64,000 nucleotides of DNA from Histomonas meleagridis 2922-C6/04-290x. Lineage: Eukaryota > Protista > Parabasalia. A program made the translations under genes and the position numbers. Below the pieces are notes generated by a model, which saw nothing but the letters and a program-made list of their open reading frames with translations, did not search any database and had not been told where the DNA came from. The stretch is taken from the NCBI GenBank assembly GCA_020184695.1, contig JAANOX010000191.1:1-64000 (forward strand), written 5' to 3'. Shown here piece after piece: positions 1 to 10,113 of this stretch. The stretch's first letter is position 1; the number at the start of each line of letters is the position of its first letter.

Positions 1-329
1 ATCATGTATGATTTGTTGTAAATTATTCTTTAAATCATTTGCTGTATCCACAGATCTGTTAACAGTAAGTTCATCATTATCAATATTATTATTATCAATA
101 TTTTCATGCAAAACTTAAAAAAGTATTTACTATAAAACATATACCTTATATTGATTTAATCAATTTTAATATTGAGGACTTAGTGATAATATATAAATAT
201 GTTATAATTGCTAACAGTAATACTTAAAAAAAGCTAAAAAAATTAGGTTTAAAACCTTATATCATACATGATAATGTTAATATAAAAATAAAAGCTCCTG
301 TTAATGATATATATAAAGGACGTTATATT

Positions 330-521
330 TCAATGTTTGACCCTAACAAAAATGATGTTACTATATGTACGAACAGTTAAACAGCATCTAATATAACCGT
401 GATCTTCCCATTCACTAATTAATTTATCTGGTCCTATACGTCTGATAGAATGAGGATATTGATTATAAATTTCATAATCATTATCAACAACACATGTAAA
501 CCAATGGCATTCAGTGTTCAT
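330..521 (-). pseudogene. Fragment resembling the N-terminus of a parabasalid HNH/NUMOD4-like endonuclease
   Basis: Translation DNDYEIYNQYPHSIRR...SEWEDHGYIRCCL resembles, from recall, the N-terminal part of trichomonad HNH_3 proteins; the HNH motif itself is absent (truncated). Confidence 0.35.
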
Positions 522-731
522 TATTTATATATAGGGTGTTCCACCCGTATATTAGTATCTTATTATATATAATAGATACAATAATATTTTATATATAAAT
601 TAAAACACTGAATTTAATGGGTTTTGTTTTTTATTTAAAAATAATTTTTGTCAAGTCTATCATTAACTAATAATCGATTTTTCTTTTATTGAATGCAAAA
701 AAATGACGTTTAAAATTTTTACCCCTTCATT

Positions 732-1640
732 ATGGAGCTTGATCAAAAATCATTTACAATATATCTCGCGATGAAGTAAATGTCAGCAAAAGCGATTCAT
801 ACCGAAATGGAGATCATATTGGGCGAAGAATGTATGTCATATTCAACAGTATGTAAATACCTCAGATAAAAAAGTTTTAATCGAACAATGTCACCTAACA
901 TTAGTGAACCGATTACCCCTATTGACGATAATGTTGATTTAAAAATTTTGAAAATTTTAGATAAATTTCCATATGCTTCAATAAGACAAATAGCTAAGTT
1001 AACAGAGATTCCAAACACTACTGTATATAGGCATCTTACTGAAAAGCTTGGCTATGAAAATGAACTTTTATAGTGGGTTCCACATTTACTGACGGAAGAT
1101 ATTGAAAAACAAAGAGTCACTAAATCAATTCAATCTTTAAAGACATTAGAGATTGCAAGACATAACAGTTATTAATATTTTATAACAGGTGAGTCCTGGT
1201 TTTATTATGATTATTATTATGTTCGACAATGGATACCACGAGGAACACCACGAGGTACAATAAGCAAAAGGACTATTACGCAAAAAAATGTAATGTTGAC
1301 GGTTTTTTGGAATCCCCACGGATTTAAAGTTATCGACTTTCTTTTGAAGGGAGAAACATATAATTCACAATATTATGTGAAATATATTATATCGAAACTT
1401 TTGAAAAAGAATGGTACATATCCTAGAAATGACACAAGAAAAATTACTGTACATGCCGACAATGCAAAACCGCATACGTCGAAAATCACAATATTATATA
1501 TGGACTCCAACATACTCAAAAGGGCACCTCATCCCCCCAACTCCCCAGATATAGCTCCTTCAGACTTTTTCCTATTTGGGTATGTAGAAGGAAAAATGAA
1601 TGGATTTCACTTGCTATTACAACATGATTTTTTCCTTTAG
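732..1640 (+). mobile_element. Degraded mariner-family (DD34D) transposase
   Basis: From ATG 732 across several stops: HTH-like IHTEMEIILGEECMSYSTVCKYLR, then WVPHLL (~1074), TG-ESW, VFWN, HADNAKPH and HPPNSPDIAPSDFFLF (mariner YSPDLAPSD motif). TIRs could not be identified. Confidence 0.85.
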
Positions 1641-2145
1641 TGAGAATGAATAATTTATCATAATATTTTATCTGTAACGTACATATACATTTGACGAAGT
1701 ATCAGATGTTTTTGAATAATCACTGTATACAACACTGTTTTTATTCATTAATGCTCTAACTATATTTTCAATTTTTTCAAACTGTGAATTTGACATTTTA
1801 CATAAGATAAGAATGTATAAAACTGAAAATCAATTTACAACAACTGCGTCTCAGTCACAGATCGAAGAAAATTATACAAATCTTGATTTAGATAAGTATA
1901 AAGTATTATTCCCTCAAAATGGTTCACTTTCCGTTATCCACAACGTTGGTTAGAGTTTCCATCACAGAATAAAGCTATTGGCATAAGAAGATTGAATATA
2001 ACACCGGCCGCTCAAGTTCTCTCATGACAGTTTGAAGTAACTAACAGTTTGCTCAAGTTACTGAAAGGTTGACTTTTGTAGTTTTTTAGACCCTTGAAAA
2101 TTGAATAATGTTTTTCATAAATTTTTATAATATATAACATGTATA

Positions 2146-2519
2146 ATGCAGTAATTGATTATACAATTTCTGTTTATGACGCTGAACATTACAATAGAAT
2201 TGACGTAAACTTACCGTTACCTTATACACGTTAGGCATAAATGATTGTAACGTCGCTAACGACTGAATGTTCTATTGTCGTTATTGAAAAGGATGATTTT
2301 ATTCAGATAAACGATGAAAAATACTATTTTGATGATGATTATACGAACTTAAACTCTCAAACGTTTATATTACTGTTGAATTTACTCTTCCAAGAATCAG
2401 GCGTTACGTCTGAAGTCGACGAAGCAGGAAAAATCGTATTCACTTTTGCGAATGCTTTCACGATAAATAATGCTTCATATAATAGTATTCAAATTCCTGG
2501 GTTGTACTCACAAATTTAG
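2146..2519 (+). pseudogene. Degraded ORF, possibly a Polinton/Maverick-like structural (minor capsid-like) gene
   Basis: Stop-interrupted ORF (LTTECSIVVIEKDDFIQINDEKYYFDDDYTNLNSQ) converging on the packaging-ATPase relic; the assignment rests on recalled similarity and context only. Confidence 0.3.
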
Positions 2520-2543
2520 AATCAAAAATTATTTTTGATATAT

Positions 2544-3157
2544 TGTTTTAATTAATTATCTGGTTCATAATAATTCTTCGTGTGTTAATGTGAATGGAAA
2601 TAGTACCGTGTGGGTCTATTATTTTGCTGTATTCTCTCCATTAAGCTTTAGCATCAAACACACTTGCTGGTGATTCTTTCAACAGTTCAAAAATATTTTT
2701 CTGTCCGATACCATTAAACAATACAATATCCGACAAATTTATTTTGATATCTTTTGGTATACTCTTTGTTGTTTGTACACATATGATAACGTTAATATTA
2801 AAGTGTCTGAGCTCATTCGATAATATTGACATCTGTGATTATTTACTTATCAATAACGGATGATTAGCAAAATCGTCAAAAATCGACAAGCATCTATGTG
2901 GATAAGTTTTCCATTGATACTTCGCTGACTTTTCAGAGATGTTTTAATTTCTTCTTCGAGTTATTCAAATTGAATTTCATAAATAATCTTTCTGTTTCCT
3001 CATCCGTTTCCTTTGAATCATAATTGATATATTTGATGATAGAATTATATTTTAAAATTCGCAGGATATATAAATTAATCCAATTTAACAAATCAGTATC
3101 CTGAATCGCAACGAGTTTCGTTTTCTTTATTGCCATATTATAAGTATCTACTGTCAC
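2544..3157 (-). pseudogene. A32/FtsK-like DNA packaging ATPase remnant (Polinton/Maverick-like element)
   Basis: Minus-strand reading across stops gives CLSIFDDFANHPLL (Walker B), then ELRHFNINVIICVQ (A32-family Arg-His/Gln motif) and WREYSKIIDPHGTISIH. Walker A was not found. Confidence 0.7.
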
Positions 3158-3699
3158 ATCATATTTTGATCATGTACTACATATAGTTGTTTTCGCATTC
3201 TCTATAATTATTTGTTTTGTATTTTTATTTTATCAAACAATTCTTCTATCTCATCTGCTTTTTATTGACACTTTCTGATGAAACTTTGTTTCAGAATCTT
3301 TAGATTTTTTTATTTCATAGCATTATTTTCATCGATAAAAATAAATTTTTCATTGCTAATAAATGGAATTATTTTGAGATAATTTAATATCAGAATATAA
3401 AATGAAGTCGAAAGACAAGTATTGCTATGGCATAACGTATTACGCAGTTGAGTTTGAATATAATCACAATACAACAGTTAGAATGAGCAAACCAAAGAAC
3501 AAACCTATACTTCATAATAATATTATTGTTGGCGTTATATTTTATAATAAGAATTTAAAACTTATTGAAAAAGTAGATTCGATATTCACATTTTTTTAAA
3601 AAATGCTTTTTGTCTCCGTTCCGTTTAGGGTTAACTTTTGGTGATTTTTTAACTCTTGATTTTCAAATGGGATTTTTTCGATGTAAATAAATATATTCA

Positions 3700-4045
3700 T
3701 TAAGCATCATCGTTGATTTCATTATCAACAAGGAATTCCTTTGACTTATTATTAATTCCGTGATTCATTCTCTAGTAATTATATTAATAATTTTATTTTC
3801 AGATTGTCTAATATTTAATGTATCATCGGTTAATTCAATATTATATAATTCAAATATATTATATTCAGATCTGTTATTTATTATTTTATATTTGAATTGA
3901 CTGAAATATTGTCATATTTATCATTAATTTCATTATATACTTCAGATTTAGTTTTAGTATCAATATTTTTAAAATCCTTATTCAAACTATATCCATATTT
4001 ATCAAACATTTCTATTACTTGTTTAGTTGATAGTTTCTTTGGCAT
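3700..4045 (-). pseudogene. Degraded ORF within the virus-like element relic
   Basis: ATG at 4045, MPKKLSTKQVIEMFDKYGYSLNKDFKNIDTKTK..., interrupted by stops; function unknown. Confidence 0.3.
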
Positions 4046-4451
4046 TTAATAAAAATAAGAAAAAATAATTTATAAAAAATTCATAAAATTAATGTTTATA
4101 TGTTAAACCTAACTTGAACATGATATTATGTTAGATTGAAGTGTAGAATTAGATGTAATTCGAAGTTTTGATTTACTGTTATCGAAGGCGAATTTAGTGA
4201 CGTATTAGATATGGAAACAGAAGCAGAAGCAAAAGAAATCGTAATTGAGTTGACAGAAATTTAATTTGTGAGAATAATTCTCGAAAGTTTAGAACTTTGT
4301 CCTTCAATTGAAAGAGCTCTCGCACAATTTAATTCGTCATCCATTAAAGTAGGACAAGATAATTATGGTTCACACAAATCAGAATCAAGGAATTAATTAT
4401 TTAACACAATAAATCAATTATTTAACATTATTTAACTTAATGAATCAAAAC

Positions 4452-4972
4452 TTAATTATTATTTGATATTATTGCTTTCATTAACAATATATTCTTCAAC
4501 CCACATTTACTTCCATCATAATTACAAACGGTTTTATGACCGTTAAAATATAACTTTTTCCGACAAGAAAATTGAGCAAATATAATGTTTATGAATATTG
4601 AGTATAAATTGATTGTCTGAAAGCCATTGAATAAACTCTTTAATTGATAGAGTAAATATATCATATAAATATCTTCCATAGTGCTAATTTTATCGAGCAA
4701 ATTTCTCATCATGTTGTATTGCGATATGAATTGAAACTTTCACTGAAAAACTTTAGATAATCATTCAATGATTTCTACTTTTTCAAAGTAATTAGAAAAT
4801 TTGTGTAGATCTAAAAACGATTGTTTTTTTAACTTCAAATATCTCAAAAAGCATTTTTTATGACATATTCAATATGTCCATTATAACCCAGCTCGACCAA
4901 AAATTTTTATCAATTTGAATGTGCCGAAAAGGGCGAAAAGTTTTTCACTAGGTTTGCTTGTCCGGTACTATA
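4452..4972 (-). mobile_element. Truncated DNA transposon end (TA-TAGTACCGGACA) with an inward ORF fragment
   Basis: TGTCCGGTACTA-TA at 4959-4972 is the reverse complement of the terminus at 7170-7183 (13/14 match); ORF 4452-4712 reads away from this end. Confidence 0.45.
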
Positions 4973-4989
4973 AAACAAAAATAAACAAT

Positions 4990-6949
4990 TGGGAAACAAT
5001 TCAGTTTATTCAACAAAAAATATTTTCCTTAAATAAAGAAAAAGTTGTTCAAGCAGCTATTTCAGTGTTTGATATACTTGATAATAATTATCAGTATTCA
5101 TTTAACTTACTTATTAGTCAAATAATTTATTCATCATTTGTAGCAGGTATGAATGATTTAGAAGTCTATATGAATTTCATTAAAGAAATAAAAAAAATTG
5201 AAGATAAGAAACAAATTCAAAGTAAAATACATAAAGTAAAATACATAAAGTTTTTTTACAAATGATTTTAAATATATATTCTCAAGAATCAAATTATTTT
5301 CTTGAGAGAATGATTCAAGAAAATTTATGCGAATCAAACATAGTTGTACAGATGAGAGAAGAATCGTATTTTATACATTACATGTCCAAAAAATTTCCAG
5401 AAGAAAATGAATATTTGAAACGAAAAATGGGAAACTTTGAAGAACTTTCAAGGAATGATTGGAAACTTCATAAGAAATATGTTAAAGAAGGACATAATCC
5501 GAATGAAATTGCAAAAATAATTCGAAAAGATGAAATAGAAAAACTTCAAGAAATATCATCACAAAATGATTTTAATTTTAACCAAACAATTGAACCATCA
5601 CTATATGAAAGATGTTCTTTTATTAATACACAAAATGTTACATTAATTGATTATTCAGCATTTTTTGGATCAATTAAATGTTTTAAATATTTACTTATGA
5701 ATGGTTCTGAAATAAAAAATACAGGTAGGTATGCAGTCGCTGGTGGAAATGAAGAAATCTTTCATTTATGTGAACAAAATCATTCAACATTTGAAGATGC
5801 ATATGAAGCAGCAATTGAATTTCATCGAAATGATATCTTTAAATATCTTTATGAGAATGAAATTGCTGAAATTAATAATTTAGAAGAATTTGGAAAGAAG
5901 TGTATTTCATCTCATAATTATGAAATTTTTATATTTTTACAAAAAGAAGGGATGCTAATTTGCGAAAACATTATTAATGAATCAACAAAAATTGGAAACA
6001 TATTTCTCATTAAACATTTTCTTGAAAGTAATCAAATTCCGAAAGATATTTTAGTATTTTCATCAGAGTCAGGAAATATTGAACTTGTTAAATATATTTT
6101 AATACAAGAAGGAATTGACATTAATGCTAAAAATATTTATTTGTTTTATTTAATATTTATTTGAATAATTCTTGATTTCAAAATAATATTTGGAAATTAT
6201 TTAAATTATTTAATACAGCACTTATTAGAGCATCTGAAAAAGGTTATACAGAAATAGTTAAATTACTTCTTGAACAAGAAGGAATTGATATTAATGATAA
6301 AAATATATATTTGCTTTGTTTAATATTTATTTTATTAAATAAAATTTGGTAATTATTTAAATTATTTCATACAGCACTTATTAGAGCATCTGAAGGAGGT
6401 TATATAGAAATCGTTAAATTACTTATTGAACAAGAAGGAGTTGTTATTAATGCTAAAAATATATATTTGTTTTATTTAATATTTGTTTTATTAATTTTAT
6501 ATTTCAAAAAAATATTTGGAAATTATTTAAATTATTTCGAACAGCGCTTATTAAAGCATCTTTAAATGGTCACACAGAAATAGTTAAATTACTTCTTGAA
6601 CAAGAAGGAATTGATATTAATGCTAAAGATATTTGTTTGTTTTATTTAATATTTGTTTTATTAATTTTATATTTCAAAATAATATTTGAAAATTATTTAA
6701 ATTATTTAAAACAGCACTTATTTTAGCATCTTTAAATGGCCATACAGAAATAGTTAAATTACTTCTTGAACAAGAAGGAATTGATATTAATGCTAAATCT
6801 ATTTATATGCTTTATTTAATATTTATTTTAATAATTTAGAATTTCAAAATAATATTTAGAAATTATTTAAATTATTTAAAACAGCGCTTGACTACGCATC
6901 CTCTAATGGTCACAAAAAAGTCGTTGAACTTCTTCATGTGGTAGAATAA
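4990..6949 (+). CDS. DUF3447-type ankyrin repeat protein, interrupted (locus 1): -1 frameshift at ~5260 and five spacers in the ankyrin array
   Basis: ORFs 4915-5265 and 5262-6164 align end to end with the 14385 paralog; LIDYSAFFGSIKCFKYLL..YAVAGGN is the parabasalid DUF3447/ankyrin signature. Five further ankyrin modules follow (6215, 6371, 6541, 6711, 6881), ending LLHVVE-TAA at 6949. No clear ATG at the homologous start. Confidence 0.75.
6135..6949 (+). repeat. Array of ankyrin modules (four of 90 nt plus a 69-nt terminal module) alternating with 80/66-nt AT-rich spacers (period ~170 nt)
   Basis: Spacers at 6135-6214, 6305-6370, 6461-6540, 6631-6710 and 6801-6880; modules such as TALIRASEKGYTEIVKLLLEQEGIDINDKN. 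Confidence 0.92.
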
Positions 6950-7169
6950 ATTTAGTTAATATTTTATCTTCATAATAAATAATTATTATTTAGATATATC
7001 ATTAAATATATTGATATATGAAATACTTTCAAATATTTTCTTGAATTTTCACCACTTTTTTCTTTTTTATTTTAATAATATAATTTATGGATAATATTCA
7101 TCCCGAAAATTCCCATTAAATGAAAAAAATTCGGAAAATTTCCAAAAAATTGTTATTTTTATTTTTTAA

Positions 7170-7287
7170 TACAGTACCGGACACGAAAATCTGTCCATCG
7201 GCCGGAAATTTCTGTTCAAAGCCTTTTTCGGCTAAAACGGTTTTGACGCGAGCCGAAAAAATCTGTCCATAGGCTGGAAATTTCTGT
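7170..7287 (+). mobile_element. DNA transposon terminus (TA-CAGTACCGGACA) with subterminal 30-nt direct repeats
   Basis: TA followed by CAGT, typical of Tc1/mariner-superfamily ends; AAAATCTGTCCATCGGCCGGAAATTTCTGT (7186-7215) recurs at 7258-7287 with 28/30 identity. Confidence 0.55.
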
Positions 7288-7742
7288 CCTATTATTAACG
7301 GTCACCAATCATATTTTATAAAATTTATCAATGGGAACTTACTACTTCTCTTCGCAAGTACCCTTCGCGAAGGGGGGGATAATGGCCCCGCCGGGCTTTT
7401 TCAGTGAAATACGATCACAGGCGCAGGGGTGGATTGGAAAGTGATTGAATAATTTACATCAAAATTGAATGATATTTGAGAATTTTCATACAGGAAAGTT
7501 ACGTGTGCTTCTTTTCTCAAATTCTAAGTTTCTGTTGGATCTTTCTAAGAAGCCAGCAAAAATGAACAACAAATTGAAATTTATGATTCATAAAAATGAA
7601 AAAAATGATTGTCATAATTTTAAATCGTTTATCACATCATTCTACTATAAAATTATATAATTAAAATATATGTTAATTAATATTATATTGATTCGAATTT
7701 TTTATCCAGAAAGTTTCCTTGTGTTTCCTATTAATTAATATT

Positions 7743-7980
7743 TTAGAGTTCCTCAAAAATAAATTTAATGAACCTATAAAAATTAACGTTCTCATGTAGA
7801 GTTAGCTTCTGGCTATCATCGCTAGTGAACTGGTTCCTCTTATTCACCATGAAGATAACCAACAACACAATGCCGACAACCACGAAAACGCACGCAATTA
7901 CTATACTTACGATTGGTCCAGTTCCCAACGAATGACTATTATCTTCATCACCGTTTGTGTGTTGTATCGTACACAAATTT
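7743..7980 (-). pseudogene. C-terminal fragment of a single-pass membrane protein
   Basis: LGTGPIVSIVIACVFVVVGIVLLVIFMVNKR is a TM helix plus basic stop-transfer; no intact upstream ectodomain. Confidence 0.35.
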
Positions 7981-8465
7981 AAATGGAAAGTGACTAAATT
8001 CAAAGGAAATTTCAAAAAAATTATCATTTCTTCATAAAAATTTGTCTACCGTCGTTATATGTTAAAATCTGAAAGGTATTAAAGACATTACAAATAATTT
8101 TAAAATCAAAAATAAATCTATAAGAGGGAAAGTTGGTTGATAGCGTCTTATTTTTATATGTAGATTTTTACTTTTAAATAAAAGCAAGACCACTCAAATC
8201 AGATTTTCTGATAGAAAATTTTCAATTTAAAGAAAAAATTTGTGCACCTATTATCATCACATTTATTGACTTAGTGAAATTTTATAAATTTTTGATAAAA
8301 AGTGTAGGTTTCTCGGTAATTTCTTCTTATAATAATAATTAACTCTTTTATGAACAAATAATGGATATGTAATTTGATTTTTCTTTAAGATTTTTGAAAA
8401 TTATTATCATATTTCTTATGCATGAAATTTTTCCCAATAAAGCACAGCCATTTAATGAATTACCG

Positions 8466-8498
8466 AAAAAAAAAAATAAAAAAAAAAAAAAAAAAAAA
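8466..8498 (+). repeat. Poly(A) tract (~33 nt, one T)
   Basis: Directly visible. Confidence 0.9.
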
Positions 8499-9063
8499 CT
8501 TATCTATATCAAAAAAGTTAATCAAAAGAACTCAGATATCAAGTTATGGTTGATTTTATGAAGATTTACGACCTCTGAGTTGATTTTCCATAAATTTTTG
8601 TGAGTATTAAATATATTATAATATGATAAACGAAATAAATATTTAGTATAATGGATTCTACATTTGTCTGAAATAAAAAAAATATTGAATAGAAAACGAG
8701 ATAATGCATAAACAAAGAAAATCATTATTTTAACTTTTTAAGAAAATAAAATAGACAAAATCTATCATAAATGGAAATTTATGCTAAATTAGAGTTGGGA
8801 TTTATTGTATATTATTGTGAAAAATCTCATTGGGAAAATTTCGAAAAACACAGCAACAAGTTGTATCGTTGTTTTTAGCACAAGATTTTTCAGATATGAT
8901 GTAAACTTTCTGGGAATTGAATTTCTGCTGAAAATTTTCGTTTACACGATAGCGACGGTTTTATGCTTCAAATGTGTTGATTTGTTGGAATAAAATATTG
9001 AAAAACCCTTTTATTTGAGGTGGTTTTTTCCAGAATTTTGAATTGTATACAATTTAACACCAA

Positions 9064-9942
9064 ATGTTATCTTTGTTCTTAAGATCTGCTATTTCCGGTA
9101 GATGCTCTGCCCTCTATGATTATGACACCACTTTTATCACAGGAGGGTCTTTTACTCAATCTTTTGCATTCGTGTCTCCGATTGCATATTATCAATATGA
9201 ACAATTTCATCCTATTAATTTACCTGTTACTTTTATCCACGACCATTTTTGGGCTTACAATGTAGAGACAGGTAAAGATGGCTTTGATATTCAACATGAA
9301 CACCCTATTTATTCTGCTGTTTATCATAATGATGATGGTTTAGTTTCAGCATTAAATGCTTTATGCCCCATGTACGGAGGAGAAAACGCAACAGAAGGAT
9401 GTTGTAACAAGATGTTTAGTTTGAATTATACGCAGATGATAGAAGTCTTCCCTGACAGTTACAAAGGTGTTGATAAAACAACTATATACAATACCACTAG
9501 AGATGCTTCAGTAGATTTTACTGGTCTTATTTCAGAAATAAGAAGTTACAAATTCAAACATTATCCAAGATGTTATAACTTAATACGTTATCTTCCTTGC
9601 GCAATCTGTCATGCAAATATTAGTGAAATGGCGTTTCCAGTTAAAATTGATGGAAGCGATATTATTCGATCTTTCCCTCTTTGCCGATCTTATGCTTTGA
9701 AAATTTATCGCGAGTGTCGCTCTGCATATTATTCAGAAATAACAGGTAAAATATATCCTATTGTTCCTAAAGGAATGGGTGTTGAAGAATTTATGAAGGT
9801 GGTTCATGCTCCATCAGAAGAAGATGAGATACCTAATGGTAATTGCATTCCAGAAGGACTATTTTCCAGTTCTTCAATTCGTTTTCTTCCGAAGAAACTT
9901 CTTTTAATAATTGCTGCTGTTTTAACTGCGATTCTTCTTTGA
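9064..9942 (+). CDS. Secreted, probably GPI-anchored Cys-rich protein, folate-receptor/Frizzled-CRD-like
   Basis: N-terminal signal-like MLSLFLRSA; Cys pattern GCC...CYNLIRYLPCAICH...PLCRSYALKIYRECR...C; hydrophobic C-terminus LLLIIAAVLTAILL. Confidence 0.6.
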   Translation: MLSLFLRSAISGRCSALYDYDTTFITGGSFTQSFAFVSPIAYYQYEQFHPINLPVTFIHDHFWAYNVETGKDGFDIQHEHPIYSAVYHNDDGLVSALNALCPMYGGENATEGCCNKMFSLNYTQMIEVFPDSYKGVDKTTIYNTTRDASVDFTGLISEIRSYKFKHYPRCYNLIRYLPCAICHANISEMAFPVKIDGSDIIRSFPLCRSYALKIYRECRSAYYSEITGKIYPIVPKGMGVEEFMKVVHAPSEEDEIPNGNCIPEGLFSSSSIRFLPKKLLLIIAAVLTAILL

Positions 9943-10113
9943 GTATTGCTGATAAATAAACGGTCGTGTTTTTTATCCACCCAATTCAAATTTCAAAATA
10001 AAAAATTTCGGTTGAACACAAATCATTTTTTTACAACAACAGTTAAACTGTTTTTTCTTGGCGGTTTTAGTTGATCCGTTCAAAAAAACGTTTTTTTTTT
10101 TGCAATCTTGAAG

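Noticed and set aside
5255-5265. Euplotes-type +1 frameshift at AAA-stop
   Set aside because: The alignment requires a -1 shift; a homopolymer error is simpler.
6135-6880. Spacers as canonical GT-AG spliceosomal introns using the ACAG at module starts
   Set aside because: Joining the available GT/GC to ACAG either breaks the frame or deletes the conserved Thr; many locus-2 modules begin ACATCA with no AG; no ACTAAC-type branch motif is present.
7340-7440. GC-rich patch with palindrome CCTTCGCGAAGG as a structured RNA gene
   Set aside because: No tRNA, snRNA or rRNA hallmarks; more likely the interior of the adjacent transposon end.
8466-8498. Poly(A) tract as a retroposon tail
   Set aside because: No upstream element body or target-site duplication is identifiable.
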